DNA of 36,349 nucleotides from a virus (Duplodnaviria; Heunggongvirae; Uroviricota; Caudoviricetes): IMG/VR virus record IMGVR_UViG_2718217867_000002, positions 1 to 36,349 of that record; one strand, 5' to 3'. Shown piece by piece: positions 35,701 to 36,349 of this stretch (position 1 is its first letter; each line of letters starts with the position of its first letter). The notes under the pieces were generated by a model. It saw only the letters and a program-made list of their open reading frames with translations, ran no database searches and was not told where the DNA came from. The position numbers and the translations under genes were made by a program.

Positions 35701-36349
35701 TACAAAACAAACAGGGACTGGCAATCGTTTTGTTTTACAGAACTTAGGTAATACAGAACTATCATTTGCCGCAAAAGTATGGGGATCAAGTGATCGACAA
35801 AACGTTTTTGAGGTTGGAACGTCTGCTGCGTATCTGTTTTATGCGCAAAAAACGTCAGCAGGCCAGTTGTTTGATGTAAATGGCGCTATTAATTGCACAA
35901 CGCTGAATCAGTCATCAGACCGCGACCTTAAAGACGATATTCTCGTTATCAGCGACGCGACGAAAGCAATCCGTAAAATGAACGGATACACCTACACGCT
36001 CAGGGAAAACGGGATGCCTTATGCTGGCGTTATTGCACAGGAAGTAATGGAGGCGATACCAGAAGCTGTAGGATCGTTTACTCATTACGGTGAAGAGTTG
36101 CAGGGACCAACGGTTGACGGCAATGAATTACGTGAAGAAACACGTTATCTGAATGTTGACTACGCCGCCGTGACGGGGTTACTTGTTCAGGTCGCCCGTG
36201 AAACAGATGGTCGCGTTACCGCGCTGGAAGAGGAAAACATAACGCTACGTAAAAATCTGGCAACAGCAGGCACCCGGATCAGCACTCTGGAAAATCAGGT
36301 AAGCGAACTGGTTGCACTTGTCGGGCAGTTAACAGGAAGCGAACATTGA
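32735..36349 (+). CDS. stf: Side tail fibre protein (Stf-like) with C-terminal intramolecular chaperone (peptidase S74-like) domain
   Basis: N-terminus MAVKISGVLKDGAGKPVQNCTIQLKAKRN as in lambda Stf; Ala/Ser/Thr-rich repeats; C-terminus carries an SSDRDLKDD motif and a final coiled-coil; stop at the last base of the window. Confidence 0.9.
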   Translation: MAVKISGVLKDGAGKPVQNCTIQLKAKRNSTTVVVNTVASENPDEAGRYSMDVEYGQYSVILLVEGFPPSHAGTITVYEDSQPGTLNDFLGAMTEDDARPEALRRFELMVEEVARNASAVAQNTAAAKKSASDAGTSAREAATHATDAAGSARAASTSAGQAATSAQSASSSAGTASTKATEASKSAAAAESSKSTAATSAGAAKTSETNAAASQKSAATSASTATTKASEAATSARDAAASKEAAKSSETNASSSASSAASSATAAGNSAKAAKTSETNADNSAQAAAASQTASANSATAAKKSETNAKNSEAAAKSSETNAKASETNAKSSETNAAKSAADALNYRNQAQSIVGNNIGLGEVAMTCTDISVEPSGYIGFVRIYISAKGYPSVASSAGDNLISGYIVRSEVSTKRYSGLFVGSDTKSLYSYIYSQSSGPQWTRHARKDEVSRFSQNESTTRVYGPTGDRFLEIHTNGNWGVYNSSSGKWSPLGLAQGGTGANSLNDAKTNLQIPEGGLTKAITLQAPEGAEDGKYYPVIIDTSAMEGYGNLACPIDIKTAGRSASDPMNSNTFSGYFRCGGWSDTRDIACGSFVAYDKNELGILCLKVSQKDYPQYVAFYIHKSAFPILLQTGFKARVTVPKEDYILGTNGVKYKFGVSTSTEGNAENSVKNALDFTGGESGFYSNLPFRQGYAYNVALTNGIVLDNNFVLTAPVFMNNGEVKATKSFTAYGTDVSNRTFVSQRLQSEGGPVVDQTELRAGNGQGEIVVRDINNSGNSKFFNFNLDGTFSSYQGLVVHTGQNWSTQHTENVNKFKPIAGSAGGPDGTMVVGGFHAQFSGNYVTQFAGRNSKFWARSFEAGVDKGWKRLLTVDDLNSSTDLAVRSLTTSNPVKSGGGRIDVLGSTSDYSKMDCFVRGFDSTGNSLAWALGSSVGVSKMLSLKNFFSGAEILLNGNDGAVQLKTGAVNGAKAQALTINKDEVNSTVDLTLTKQTGTGNRFVLQNLGNTELSFAAKVWGSSDRQNVFEVGTSAAYLFYAQKTSAGQLFDVNGAINCTTLNQSSDRDLKDDILVISDATKAIRKMNGYTYTLRENGMPYAGVIAQEVMEAIPEAVGSFTHYGEELQGPTVDGNELREETRYLNVDYAAVTGLLVQVARETDGRVTALEEENITLRKNLATAGTRISTLENQVSELVALVGQLTGSEH
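33100..33760 (+). repeat. Tandem degenerate coding repeats inside stf (xxKxSETNAxxS units)
   Basis: Repeated KTSETNA / KSSETNA / KKSETNA peptide units; the low-complexity DNA gives several overlapping spurious ORFs on both strands. Confidence 0.5.

Overview
This 36.3-kb window is almost entirely one lambdoid prophage of an Escherichia-like enterobacterium; no integrase, att site, IS element or CRISPR array is visible. Left to right: the distal part of a leftward early operon (DicF-like sRNA and three tiny ydfC/ydfB/ydfA-like genes, minus strand), a DicA-like HTH repressor with a divergent Cro-like gene, a YdaT-like CII analogue, O-like and P-like replication genes with iteron-like repeats, a cargo island (AcfC/PEB3/Paa-like gene interrupted by an in-frame stop, then a mok/hok type I toxin locus), nin-like genes (DUF968-HNH, RusA), antiterminator Q, four tRNA genes, a phage-21/Qin-type lysis cassette, an antisense GNAT acetyltransferase, HNH plus small and large terminase, HK97-type portal/protease/capsid, head-tail joining genes, major tail, G/GT frameshift chaperones, a self-contained moron (membrane zinc-ribbon protein) before the tape measure, lambda-like M-L-K-I-J, lom, and a long side tail fibre. 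Nothing here can be shown from sequence alone to be a new system; the best candidates for undescribed accessory functions are the zinc-ribbon moron (22.5-22.9 kb), the antisense GNAT gene (12.4-12.9 kb) and the roughly 850-bp unassigned stretch at 4.8-5.66 kb. All homology statements rest on reading the translations and on remembered family sequences, not on searches. Coordinates of non-ORF features were counted by hand and may be off by 1-2 nt.
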